Notes: a model not told the origin generated them from the letters alone. Positions 52,092 through 63,259 are shown, counted from the first letter of the stretch. The stretch is DNA of 64,000 nt from Leptolyngbya sp. (GCA_040374765.1 JBEITR010000001.1:25422-89421); one strand, 5' to 3'. A program made the numbers and translations.

Positions 52092-53432
52092 ATGGCATCA
52101 ATTTATTTTGAAATTCTGATCATCTTTTTACTGATTATTGCAAACGGCATCTTTTCAGGATCAGAAATTGCAGTGGTATCTGCTCGCAAAGTTCGACTAG
52201 AGCAACTGGTAGAACGGGGGAATCACCGAGCTAACGCAGCTTTAAAGCTGGCCAACTCGCCCAATAATTTTTTAGCCACAGTACAAATTGGTATTACCCT
52301 AATTGGCATTCTCAGTGGAGCTGTAGGCGGAGCAACCATCGCCCAGAGACTTAAACCCGTTCTCAACAGCATTCCGCCTCTACAGCCCTACAGTGAAGGT
52401 ATTAGCGTGGCGGTGGTGGTGTCAATTATTACCTATCTTTCTCTAGTGGTTGGTGAACTGGTACCCAAACGCATTGCCCTCAATGACCCGGAGCAAATTG
52501 CCTGCATTGTTGCCCCTCCCATGCGATACCTGGCCCGGCTCACCGCCCCCTTCGTTCATATTCTCGGACTTTCCACCGATACCCTACTGAAGGCTATGGC
52601 TATTCAGGCCTCTCAGGAACCTGATATTACCGAGGAAGAAATTAAGGTTCTGATTCGGCAAGGAGCGGAATCAGGCATGTTTGAGGAAGCGGAGCACGAA
52701 ATGGTAGAACGGGTCTTTCGCCTGGGAGATCGCCCCATCAAGGCAATGATGACCCCTCGTACTGAAATCACCTGGCTGGATACGGAAGCTACCCTGGAGG
52801 AAAACCTGCAGGAGGTCATGACCAGTAACCACTCGCGCTTTCCGGTGGGCCGGGGTACCCTGGACGACTGTGTTGGCATCATTCGGGGCAGCAATATCCT
52901 GATAGCTCAACTATCGACCCAAACCTTTAATCTGGAAGCCATGACCCAGCCCCCCCTCTATGTGGCTGAAAATGCGCGTGCCCTCAGCATCATCGAACAG
53001 TTCAAGCAAACCGGTATTCACATTGCCCTGGTGATTGATGAGTATGGCGGTATTGAGGGTTTGGTAACCCTCAATGATCTAATGGAAGCCATTGTTGGTG
53101 ACCTGCCCTCCGTGGAAGACCAGGAAGAGCCCTTGGTGATTCAGCGGGAGGATGGTTCCTGGCTATTGGACGGTTCCCTCGACATCAACGATCTAAAGGA
53201 CTTATTCAGGAAACGAGTTCTGCCGGAGGAGGAAACCGGTAACTTCCATACCCTGGGAGGGTTTATTATGCATTACTTGGGCTATATTCCCCAATCCGGT
53301 GAGCACTTTGAGTGGGAGGGACTGCGCTTTGAGGTTATGGATATGGATGGCCCCAGGGTGGATAAAATTCTAGTAACGCTCTTTCCTCCTCCCCAAGTGA
53401 CCAGCGATCGCCAGCCCAAGTCAACCCTCTGA
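52092..53432 (+). CDS. Hemolysin/CorC family protein (DUF21 + CBS + CorC)
   Basis: NGIFSGSEIAVVS, GELVPKRIAL, MTPR, SRFPV and VIDEYGG motifs; ATG at 52092. Confidence 0.92.
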   Translation: MASIYFEILIIFLLIIANGIFSGSEIAVVSARKVRLEQLVERGNHRANAALKLANSPNNFLATVQIGITLIGILSGAVGGATIAQRLKPVLNSIPPLQPYSEGISVAVVVSIITYLSLVVGELVPKRIALNDPEQIACIVAPPMRYLARLTAPFVHILGLSTDTLLKAMAIQASQEPDITEEEIKVLIRQGAESGMFEEAEHEMVERVFRLGDRPIKAMMTPRTEITWLDTEATLEENLQEVMTSNHSRFPVGRGTLDDCVGIIRGSNILIAQLSTQTFNLEAMTQPPLYVAENARALSIIEQFKQTGIHIALVIDEYGGIEGLVTLNDLMEAIVGDLPSVEDQEEPLVIQREDGSWLLDGSLDINDLKDLFRKRVLPEEETGNFHTLGGFIMHYLGYIPQSGEHFEWEGLRFEVMDMDGPRVDKILVTLFPPPQVTSDRQPKSTL

Positions 53433-53552
53433 GCGGTGAGTTACAAGGTAGATCTCCAGTTCCTAAGCCGGACGAAGGTGATTAACCCTGGAAAAATTTT
53501 TCTGCAGAAATCAAGGTAACGTGGTCCGGATGGAGGCGCACTATTAGTCCCT

Positions 53553-54491
53553 ATGGTTATGGCTAACTTTAACAGTCCAGGCGATCGCCCCCTACTGATT
53601 ACTGGTGTGAGTGGCTTTCTGGGCTGGCATCTGAGTCGCTTAGCAAAAACCACAGGGCTGGTACAGGGTACCTACCACCGCCATCCGGTGGACCAGCCAG
53701 GAGTTGCGGTGGCCAAAATCGACCTTACCGCCAGGGTCGGGCTATGGTCCTGGCTGGTGGATCTAAACCCAACGGCGGTAATTCATACAGCTGCCCTCTC
53801 CCAACCCAACCACTGTGAACAAAAGCCCGACCAATCCTACGCCATCAATGTGATCGCTACCCGTACCCTGGCGGAGTTTTGTGGTAGCCGGTCTATTCCC
53901 TTTGTGTTTACCTCCACCGAACAGGTCTTCGATGGAGAAGCCGCTCCCTACTCAGAAGTCAGTACTCCCCACCCCATTAATACCTATGGCCATCACAAGT
54001 TAGAAGCCGAGGGTATGATTCGGGAAGTACATCCCAACCCCATCATTTGTCGGTTACCCCTGCTCTATGGACCGGCCACCCCGATGGCCGGATCTTTTCT
54101 TCAAGGCTTTTTGCAGACCTTAGCCGCGGGCCAACCCCTGTCTCTGTTTGTTGACGAATTTCGTAGTCCCGCCTACGTCGAAGATGTGGCCTATGGTCTG
54201 CTGTTAGCCCTGAAAATCGGAGTAGATCTAATCCATCTAGGGGGACCCGAGCGGATCAGCCGCTATGAATTTGGCTTGCGGATGGCAGAGGTATTTGACT
54301 TACCGCAAGACTTGCTGATTCCCAGCTATCAACGGGATGTAACCATGCCCGCCCGCCGACCCGCCGATGTCTCTACCGATAACCGTCGAGCCCTAGCCCT
54401 GGGGTACCATCCCCGCGGGGTAGGGGCCGGGCTCCAGGCTGTTAAGCAATGGCAGGCGATCGATGGTAGTAACCCGGCCCAGTTCCATTAA
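53553..54491 (+). CDS. RmlD-like NAD(P)-dependent oxidoreductase
   Basis: ITGVSGFLG, STEQVFDG, YGHHKLEAE and DEFRSP motifs. Confidence 0.87.
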   Translation: MVMANFNSPGDRPLLITGVSGFLGWHLSRLAKTTGLVQGTYHRHPVDQPGVAVAKIDLTARVGLWSWLVDLNPTAVIHTAALSQPNHCEQKPDQSYAINVIATRTLAEFCGSRSIPFVFTSTEQVFDGEAAPYSEVSTPHPINTYGHHKLEAEGMIREVHPNPIICRLPLLYGPATPMAGSFLQGFLQTLAAGQPLSLFVDEFRSPAYVEDVAYGLLLALKIGVDLIHLGGPERISRYEFGLRMAEVFDLPQDLLIPSYQRDVTMPARRPADVSTDNRRALALGYHPRGVGAGLQAVKQWQAIDGSNPAQFH

Positions 54492-54517
54492 AATGATAAG
54501 GCTATCCCGTAGGCAGA

Positions 54518-55759
54518 ATGGCCATTCCTTCCCTCGACCTTGACTATGTACGCCAGCAGTTTCCCGCCCTGGGTCAGGGCTGGACTTTTTTTGATAATGC
54601 TGGTGGCTCCCAGGTACTGAGGGGCGTGGTGGACCGCATCAGCGAGTTTCTGTACGGATCTAATGTCCAGTTAGGGGCTTCCTATGCCCTTTCCCAGTTG
54701 GCGGCGGAACGGGTCGCCGCTGGCACCCAAGCCATGGCCACCCTGATCAATGCCGCTGACCCTGGCGAGGTGGTGTTAGGCTCCAGCACCTCGGCTCTGT
54801 TGCGAATGCTGGCGCAGTGTCTGGGGGCTACCCTGGCTGCAGGGGACGAGATTATTGTTACCAATAGCGATCATGAGGCTAATCTGAGTCCCTGGCGGTC
54901 TCTAGCCTGCATCGGTATAACGGTAAAGACCTGGGCCGTTAACCCCACTACCTTTGAGCTGGATCTGGCCGATCTAGAGGCCTTGCTGACTCCCCGCACC
55001 CGCCTGGTGACGGTGACCCATACCTCTAACGTGTTGGGCACCCTAAACCCAATTCGGGCCATCGCCGATCGGGTCCATGCCCAAGGAGCCTTAGTTTGTG
55101 TTGATGGGGTAGCCTTTGCTCCCCACCGTCAGATAGATGTCCAGGCGCTGGATGTGGACTTCTATAGCTTCAGCCTCTATAAGGTCTACGGCCCCCACAT
55201 TGCCCTCCTCTACGGCAAGCGCGATCGCCTGTTGGCCTTGCCGGGCTACAATCACGATTTCATCGAAGCCAGCGCCATTCCCTACAAGTTTCAGCCGGGG
55301 GGCACCTGTTACGAGTTGAGCTATAGCCTGGTGGCGATCACGGAGTATTTACAAAACCTGGCCCAGCACCACTGGGGAGCGGCGATCGGAGTGACCCCAG
55401 CCGATCAACTAGGTCAGGCCTTTGCCCTGATTGAGGCCCACGAAGCCCAATTGGGGGACCGCCTGTTGAGCTTTCTGAACTCCAGATCGGGGGTACGGGT
55501 AATCGGTTCTACAAGTGCCGACGGCAACCAACGCGTCCCCACCATTTCCTTTGTGGTAGAAGGCTTGGGGAGCGATCAAATACCGCCCCACCTGGATAGC
55601 CAAAGGATCGGTCTGCGCTCTGGCCACTTCTATGCCCCCCGCTTAATCGAGGCGTTGGGCCTGCTACCCCACCAAGGAGTTGTCCGGGTTAGTATGGTGC
55701 ATTACAACACCCTGGAGGAGTGCGATCGCCTGATTGATCACCTCAGTCCCATACTGTAG
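54518..55759 (+). CDS. Class V PLP aminotransferase, cysteine desulfurase-like but lacking the catalytic Cys
   Basis: FDNAGGSQ, FSLYKVYGPH (PLP Lys) and RSGHFYA in place of RxGHHCA. Confidence 0.85.
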   Translation: MAIPSLDLDYVRQQFPALGQGWTFFDNAGGSQVLRGVVDRISEFLYGSNVQLGASYALSQLAAERVAAGTQAMATLINAADPGEVVLGSSTSALLRMLAQCLGATLAAGDEIIVTNSDHEANLSPWRSLACIGITVKTWAVNPTTFELDLADLEALLTPRTRLVTVTHTSNVLGTLNPIRAIADRVHAQGALVCVDGVAFAPHRQIDVQALDVDFYSFSLYKVYGPHIALLYGKRDRLLALPGYNHDFIEASAIPYKFQPGGTCYELSYSLVAITEYLQNLAQHHWGAAIGVTPADQLGQAFALIEAHEAQLGDRLLSFLNSRSGVRVIGSTSADGNQRVPTISFVVEGLGSDQIPPHLDSQRIGLRSGHFYAPRLIEALGLLPHQGVVRVSMVHYNTLEECDRLIDHLSPIL

Positions 55760-55781
55760 AAATTCCCCTGCTTATCTGCCT

Positions 55782-58700
55782 ATGTCCCTCTCCTCACTGC
55801 AAGCCCAGCTCGACCGCTACTATCGCCAGATCAAAACTACGATTCTGGTACGCCAGCATCCCGTCAGTGGATTGATGCCCGCTAGTACGGCAGTGAATAG
55901 CCACGGTAACTACACCGATGCCTGGGTGCGCGACAATGTCTACAGCATTCTGGCCGTATGGGGTCTGGCCCTGGCCTATCGCCGCCTGGATGACGACCAG
56001 GGCCGCACCGTAGAGCTGGAACAAAGCGTGGTCAAGTTGATGCGGGGATTACTCCTAGCGATGCTGCGTCAAGCCGCTAAAGTCGAGCGCTTTAAGGAGC
56101 GGCAGGACCCCCTGGAAGCCCTCCACGCCAAGTATGACACCGCCACCGGTACTCCCGTAGTGGGAGACGGCGAATGGGGGCATCTGCAAATTGATGCCAC
56201 CTCTGTGTTTCTGCTGATGCTGGCCCAAATGACCGCCTCCGGGCTTCAGATTATCTATACCCTGGATGAAGTTAACTTTGTCCAGAACCTGGTGTACTAC
56301 ATTGGTCGCGCCTACCGGACCCCCGACTATGGGATTTGGGAACGGGGAAACAAAATTAACCACGGCAAGCCAGAGCTCAACGCCAGTTCCGTGGGCATGG
56401 CTAAGGCGGCCCTGGAAGCTATGCGGGGGATGAACCTCTTTGGTATGCGAGGAGGACAGGCTTCCATGATCCACGTACTCCCCGATGAAATTGCCCGGGC
56501 CCGTATTACCCTAGAATCCCTCTTACCTCGGGAGTCAGGATCGAAGGAGGTAGATGCGGCTCTGCTAAGTGTGATTGGCTTCCCGGCCTTTGCCATGGAG
56601 AATGCCGATGTGGTGCGCCAGACCCGTCAGAAAATTATCGATAAACTACAGGGTCGCTATGGCTGTAAGCGCTTTCTTCGGGACGGTCACCAGACCGTTA
56701 TTGAAGACACCAGTCGCCTGCATTACGAACCCGAAGAGCTGAAACAGTTCGAGCATATCGAGTGTGAGTGGCCCCTATTTTTTACCTATCTGTGGCTCGA
56801 TAGTCTGTTTAGCGGCGATCGCGACGCTATTGCTGACTATCGAGAACGTCTGGCGGACCTGGCGATCGATGATGATGGCCAGGCTCTCTTACCCGAACTC
56901 TACTACGTCCCCGCCGACAAGCTAGAACTGGAACGCCAACAGCCCGGTAGTCAAAACCGCCAACCCAACGATAACCTGCCCCTAATCTGGGCTCAAAGCC
57001 TCTACCTGCTGGGCCAACTGATCGACGATGGTCTGCTCAAACCCGAGGATCTAGACCCCCTGGGCCGCCACCGTCTGGTGGGAGAGCAACGCTACCCAGT
57101 ACTTCAGTTAGCCCTGCTGGCCGAAGATAGGGCCCTGCGGGAGGAACTCAGTACCTATGGCCTGACTACCCAAACCCCTGCGGAAATTGCTCCTATTCAG
57201 GTATTTCCGGCCACCGAGTTATCGGCTATTTACGCCGAAATTGGCAAAAATCCAACCCTGGGCCTGAGTGGACGCCCCATCCGTCGGCTGCGGAGCTTAA
57301 CCACCTCGCGCATCTTTCGCATTCAAAACAGTCAGGTGGTCTTCCTGCCCTCTTTCCTAGACCAAGAGCGGTTTTACCTCACCCTTGACTACCACTTTCT
57401 GGTAGCCCAAATCCGTAGTGAACTGGCCTACATCTACGACCATTGGCGGGAACCTGGTCGCCCCACCCTGACCCTACTACTCACCCATGCCATGTTTCAA
57501 CTGGGCCATAAGCCCATCCATGAATCCCCCCTGTTGGCTCTGATGCAGGAACTAATGACCGGGCGTTGTGACCATGTACCGGTCAAACTCGCCCCCCTAC
57601 ACCAGCTGATCATGACCACCAGCCTAGAGCGGGTAGATAATCTCAACAACTACCAGTTGGGTAGTAGCGCCATGATCTATCCTTCGCCCTGGACTGCCTA
57701 CCTGGGCTTTGAACCCAATCGAGATGGGCCGCTATCGGTGGTAGAAGAATTTGACCTGGAACGAGAAACTAATCTGGAACGGCTGCTGGCCCAACTCCAG
57801 GCCTCTAACAATGTCTATGCACAGGTGGAACTGCTCAGTACCCTCAAACACCTCAAAGGTCTGGGTTTTGATACAGGCCTAGGGGGTCCCCAGCGTCGGG
57901 TAACTGTCACCGATCTACTAGATGAGATCTATGCTAAGGCCAGCCAGCTAGAACAGTGGGATATTTTGCGGCGGACAGCGGGTCTACTGGAAAAAACCGA
58001 CATCAGTCTATCGGATGCGGTGACGGAGTTACTCGTCAGACAAAAGCAAATTTCCGTGGGCAAGGCCTACAGCGAAGATTCCCTGATTACCGAGCCCATG
58101 GCCCATGGGGAAATTATTGAGAAAATTCGCACCTTCTGCGGCGACGATGTACGCGATCATGTCCTCACCCAGGAGGTCTTAATTGACTTGAGTTTGCTAA
58201 TGAAGGCCGAACCCAGCCTTTTTAAGGGTCTCCTCACCCTACGGGTAGGCTACCTACTGCTGCTGCTGACCAGCGAACTAGCTCGAGAGCGACAACTTCC
58301 CCAGGACGAAGCCTACGGGGAACTGCTCAGCCTCAGTCCCTTTGAACTAAAAACTCGCCTGCGTCAGGTACTGGCCGGGTTTAGTGGACTAAACCAATCG
58401 ATTTTTCAGCGGGAGTCTTTGCGCGTTAAACCCCTCACCGATATCAACTGGGAGGTGCTTCCAGCCGAAGTTGAAAAAGCGCCAGTCGAGACCGCTACCA
58501 GCCCTCAGGATTGGTGGCGCAAGCGGGTAATTGATGGGGAGATTACCCGTATTCCCTCAGAGTTTTATACCCAATTGTGGGAAGTACTTAAACACTGCAA
58601 AGGCATTGTGATTGGTAACAAGCTAGATCGTAAGAATCGCCTGGATAGCGCTTCCATTCTGTCGGAGATGACTCCCGGCGAACAAAATTTCGAGCGTCGG

Positions 58701-59015
58701 ATTACCCACTTGCTTAGTAAGATCGAAGCTCCTGAGTATCGCCATGTCAATTTGGAGGCACTACGGGAGATGGGAGAAATCTTGAAGGTTAATCCCGATC
58801 TCTACTTTGAAGACTATCTCTATCTAGATGTATTGATTGGCCACGCCGTGCGTATAGGTTGGCTAGACCACCAGCCTCAACGAGCATCAACCTACGAAAG
58901 TGATAAAGCAGCGGCCTGGCAACGCTTTTATCAACTCTCCCCCAGCCAGTGCGCCACCTACATTGCCAGAGCCCTAGAATTTCTAACCGAATTGGGGGAA
59001 CCAGAGGCTGCTTAA
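55782..59015 (+). CDS. GH15-like phosphorylase kinase alpha/beta subunit homolog
   Basis: DAWVRDNVYS, WGHLQIDA, PDYGIWERG, YGCKRFLRDG and EWPLF motifs; about 1077 aa. Confidence 0.9.
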   Translation: MSLSSLQAQLDRYYRQIKTTILVRQHPVSGLMPASTAVNSHGNYTDAWVRDNVYSILAVWGLALAYRRLDDDQGRTVELEQSVVKLMRGLLLAMLRQAAKVERFKERQDPLEALHAKYDTATGTPVVGDGEWGHLQIDATSVFLLMLAQMTASGLQIIYTLDEVNFVQNLVYYIGRAYRTPDYGIWERGNKINHGKPELNASSVGMAKAALEAMRGMNLFGMRGGQASMIHVLPDEIARARITLESLLPRESGSKEVDAALLSVIGFPAFAMENADVVRQTRQKIIDKLQGRYGCKRFLRDGHQTVIEDTSRLHYEPEELKQFEHIECEWPLFFTYLWLDSLFSGDRDAIADYRERLADLAIDDDGQALLPELYYVPADKLELERQQPGSQNRQPNDNLPLIWAQSLYLLGQLIDDGLLKPEDLDPLGRHRLVGEQRYPVLQLALLAEDRALREELSTYGLTTQTPAEIAPIQVFPATELSAIYAEIGKNPTLGLSGRPIRRLRSLTTSRIFRIQNSQVVFLPSFLDQERFYLTLDYHFLVAQIRSELAYIYDHWREPGRPTLTLLLTHAMFQLGHKPIHESPLLALMQELMTGRCDHVPVKLAPLHQLIMTTSLERVDNLNNYQLGSSAMIYPSPWTAYLGFEPNRDGPLSVVEEFDLERETNLERLLAQLQASNNVYAQVELLSTLKHLKGLGFDTGLGGPQRRVTVTDLLDEIYAKASQLEQWDILRRTAGLLEKTDISLSDAVTELLVRQKQISVGKAYSEDSLITEPMAHGEIIEKIRTFCGDDVRDHVLTQEVLIDLSLLMKAEPSLFKGLLTLRVGYLLLLLTSELARERQLPQDEAYGELLSLSPFELKTRLRQVLAGFSGLNQSIFQRESLRVKPLTDINWEVLPAEVEKAPVETATSPQDWWRKRVIDGEITRIPSEFYTQLWEVLKHCKGIVIGNKLDRKNRLDSASILSEMTPGEQNFERRITHLLSKIEAPEYRHVNLEALREMGEILKVNPDLYFEDYLYLDVLIGHAVRIGWLDHQPQRASTYESDKAAAWQRFYQLSPSQCATYIARALEFLTELGEPEAA

Positions 59016-59018
59016 AAT

Positions 59019-59038
59019 CCCCTGAAAGAGGGGCTTTT
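59019..59038 (+). terminator. Probable terminator of the GH15 gene
   Basis: CCCCT-GAAAG-AGGGG followed by CTTTT, 3 nt after the stop. Confidence 0.55.
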
Positions 59039-59075
59039 CAAACATCTCACCAGCGTGGAGTAAAACCCCATCGAC

Positions 59076-59232
59076 AGTTTTAGCCAGAATAGTTCGAACA
59101 GGGCTAGTCAATCAATTAAATGTCCCGGCATTGATCTATGGCGAGCCCCAAAGGGAATCCTGGATAGGTGTTCTGGTTTGCCCCAAGGGCTGTTTGAAAA
59201 AGCTATTGAATCCAAAGAGCTTTCAAACAGCC
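59076..59232 (-). repeat. Family X copy G with an expanded 5' hairpin
   Basis: Minus strand reads GGCTGTTTGAAA...TTTCAAACAGCC hairpin, GCCCTTGGGGCAA linker, ACCAGAACACCTATCCAGG...ATTCTGGCTAAAACT. Confidence 0.78.
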
Positions 59233-59322
59233 TTACCGCCCTGTTAAACCTGTCTAACGCTATAGACTGTTGTCAGTCCTGTGCTATCGGTTAGAGCTTC
59301 TCGGCAACCCCAGTATTTTTCT

Positions 59323-59733
59323 CTAGAGGATTGGAACCTCTCCAATGGTTGGGAGGCCGGACTGACGGTCACTGAGGTAGTAGCTCCACCGTGCAACGTA
59401 GGGGGCCTTAGCCACCAGATCTTCGGGAAGCTTTAAATTCTTATTGGCAAGGGAGAAGTCGGGATTAGCCGATCTAATTTCAACCTGCTGTCCGGACCGG
59501 ACCGGGATCTGAGGTGTTGAATCAATATTTCCTATAGTTCGCCCCGACCAGGGGTCTACGTCTTGAGGGTAAAAAGAATTAGAGCGATTAGGCGCAGCAA
59601 TAATGGCTATAAGGGTGGTGACAATCACCACAACTAAAGCATCAAAACGGTTTAGTTCAATCGATCTACCAGGAGACCAGGGGGTAAAGTCTTTCATAGT
59701 AAAAGTGGTTAAAACCACAGGATTGGGGGTCAT
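59323..59733 (-). CDS. Hypothetical single-TM protein with a pilin-like helix
   Basis: DALVVVIVTTLIAIIAAP resembles the type IV pilin N-terminal helix; start uncertain. Confidence 0.55.
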   Translation of the reverse strand: MTPNPVVLTTFTMKDFTPWSPGRSIELNRFDALVVVIVTTLIAIIAAPNRSNSFYPQDVDPWSGRTIGNIDSTPQIPVRSGQQVEIRSANPDFSLANKNLKLPEDLVAKAPYVARWSYYLSDRQSGLPTIGEVPIL

Positions 59734-59989
59734 TTAGTCTGAGTCTGTCTCCAGACTTATGTCGTATAGGTTAGCTACAAATCCTGGGTCCAGCTATTGG
59801 GCTGTCGCACTCTTGACAAGCAATCGGCTATGTATTAAAACTCTTAAGTTTTGAATTTTTCCAGGGCTAAATTAACCAATAAAAAAGGGGTCTGACCCCT
59901 CTTTCGATACCCTTTTGACACTTTTGACAGAAGATATTGTGGCAATCGGTAGACAAGCTAACCGGCAGAAAACTCAGGGAGTAAGGGTG

Positions 59990-60021
59990 AAAAAAAAAGC
60001 TACCTGCTGGGGGAGGTAGCT
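59990..60021 (-). terminator. Intrinsic terminator of groESL
   Basis: 8-bp stem AGCTACCT/AGGTAGCT followed by a run of about 8 T on the minus strand. Confidence 0.8.
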
Positions 60022-60035
60022 GCGAAGAATATTGG

Positions 60036-60145
60036 TATAACTTGGGTCAGGACGCTGAGTACAGAACTTATCGACAAAAGCAAAAGCTGAGTAAGCGTTC
60101 TGACTCGCCTCCATACCGTTGAGCGTGGCTAGGGCTTTAAAGGCC
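60036..60145 (-). repeat. Family X copy B
   Basis: GGCCTTTAAAGCC 5' hairpin, linker, GTCAGAACG...CGTCCTGAC stem and tail. Lies between the groEL stop and its terminator. Confidence 0.9.
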
Positions 60146-60210
60146 GCGCTACTAGACTACGGGGATTGACCCATACCCTGTCGGTCGGGAAGGATCTACC
60201 AGGTCAGCCG

Positions 60211-61851
<1,641 letters not shown>

Positions 61852-61922
61852 TTAACTAATCTCCTTATAGGGTTGTGGTAGTCGTCAATTGAATGGAAAC
61901 CGCTATCGTTGCAACCGACCGA

Positions 61923-62234
61923 TTAGGCCAGGGCCGCCAGGATATCGGCCTCCCGCAGCAGCACGTACTCTTCGCTGCCAAGTTTGATATCGGTGCCAGC
62001 GTACTTGGAATAGAGCACCCGATCGCCCACCTTCACTTCCAGAACCTGGTAGGCACCATCATCGTTGCGTTTACCAGGACCCACCTGTACCACCTCTCCC
62101 ACCTGGGGTTTTTCCTTGGCGGTATCGGGCAAAAGAATGCCGCCAGCGGTTTTCTCTTCGGCTTCGCTGACTTTGACTAAAATGCGATCGCCAAGGGGCT
62201 TCACCGTTGACACACTCAGGGTGACAGCTGCCAT
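61923..62234 (-). CDS. groS: Co-chaperonin GroES
   Basis: [19 protein letters not shown] and SKYAGT motifs; ATG at 62234. Confidence 0.98.
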   Translation of the reverse strand: MAAVTLSVSTVKPLGDRILVKVSEAEEKTAGGILLPDTAKEKPQVGEVVQVGPGKRNDDGAYQVLEVKVGDRVLYSKYAGTDIKLGSEEYVLLREADILAALA

Positions 62235-62286
62235 AATCGTCCTCCAAAACTCTAGGTAATTAGTACACACAGGAGATGGACAAAAA

Positions 62287-62313
62287 TTAGCACTCTCATC
62301 TCCCGAGTGCTAA
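62287..62313. promoter_or_regulatory. CIRCE element (HrcA operator)
   Basis: Exact TTAGCACTC-N9-GAGTGCTAA. Confidence 0.97.
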
Positions 62314-62341
62314 TCTAGCCAACTCCAGGGGTTACAGACAA
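62312..62341 (-). promoter_or_regulatory. Probable sigma70-type groESL promoter
   Basis: Minus-strand TTGTCT-18 nt-TAGATT, abutting CIRCE. Confidence 0.6.
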
Positions 62342-62352
62342 TTCTTCAGCAG

Positions 62353-62368
62353 GTGTGGGTTGCCGAAC
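62353..62368 (-). promoter_or_regulatory. K-box of cyanobacterial groESL
   Basis: Minus-strand GTTCGG-CAAC-CCACAC matches GTTCGG-NNAN-CCNNAC. Confidence 0.85.
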
Positions 62369-62431
62369 TTCTCCCCCCAGGCCCTACACTATGTAAGAGG
62401 AATATCTAAGAAGGATTTTCAATAAACCACC

Positions 62432-63259
62432 GTGATTAAAGCCATTGCCAAGCCAGATCAACCTTCCCAGGTCAATTTACCCCTACGTACCCTCTGGGTC
62501 GATACCCTGACAGTTTTCTGGGGAGACTGGTTGGACCTGCGGGTGCGTATTCCCCAGGTGGCCGCATCGGGGTTAGTATCGCCCCTGATCTACATTTTGG
62601 CCTTTGGTCTGGGTTTAGGTAGCGCCATTGACCAGGTGGCTACCCCCTCGGCGGGGGACACCTACCTGGAATTTATTTTGCCGGGGATGGTGGCCCTCTC
62701 CTCCATGGTAATCAGCTTTGGCGGCACTACCTTTTCGATTTGCGGAGATCGCCTATTCACTAAAACCTTCGAAGAAATGCTGCTTTACCCGGTCCACCCC
62801 CTGGCGCTGCATTTGGGTAAGATGCTGGCGGGTATTGTACGGGGTCTCATGACTGCTTCCACCGTGATTTTGGTGGCGGTCATTTTTACCCATCGGATTT
62901 GGAGCTTTGTCAATCCCCTGTTTCTGCTGCTAGTGGTGCTGAACTGCGCCGTATTTGCTGGCCTGGGAGTGATCGTAGGACTGAATGTAAAGTCCCTCGA
63001 AAGTGTGGGGTTGTTTAATAACTTTTTAATTGTGCCCATGTCCTTTCTGGGTGGCACCTTTTTTGACCCCACTCCCCTGCCAGTGGCCCTGAAGACGATT
63101 GTTTACCTGCTGCCCCTGACCTATACCACCCTAGGACTGCGGGCCGCCGCCTATAAACCCCTGGCCGATTTTCCCTGGTATAGCTTGCCAGTCTTATTGG
63201 CTGCGGCTATTGCCCTGGCCTTTATTGGGGCTTACCAGTTTTCCCATCAACAGGACTAG
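62432..63259 (+). CDS. ABC-2 type transporter permease
   Basis: Six TM segments, YLEFILPGMVA, FLGGTFF and LPLTY motifs. Confidence 0.88.
   Translation: MIKAIAKPDQPSQVNLPLRTLWVDTLTVFWGDWLDLRVRIPQVAASGLVSPLIYILAFGLGLGSAIDQVATPSAGDTYLEFILPGMVALSSMVISFGGTTFSICGDRLFTKTFEEMLLYPVHPLALHLGKMLAGIVRGLMTASTVILVAVIFTHRIWSFVNPLFLLLVVLNCAVFAGLGVIVGLNVKSLESVGLFNNFLIVPMSFLGGTFFDPTPLPVALKTIVYLLPLTYTTLGLRAAAYKPLADFPWYSLPVLLAAAIALAFIGAYQFSHQQD

Noticed and set aside
51868-52119. ORFs 51868-52119 (+) and 51861-52061 (-), and the N-terminal extensions of the corC-like (from 51972) and bolA (to 31408) ORFs
   Set aside because: They run across family X copies and have no homology signal; better downstream ATGs match family N-termini.
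59188-59232. Independent mini-MITE with IS5/IS1182-like ends (GGCTGTTTGAAA)
   Set aside because: No target duplication was seen, and the hairpin occupies the 5' hairpin position of family X copy G, so it is treated as part of that copy.
29013-60104. Family X as integron attC sites (59-nt hairpin with AAC...GTT and a variable apex)
   Set aside because: The boxes do not fit RYYYAAC/GTTRRRY, the flanking genes are core operon members rather than cassettes, and no integrase is present.
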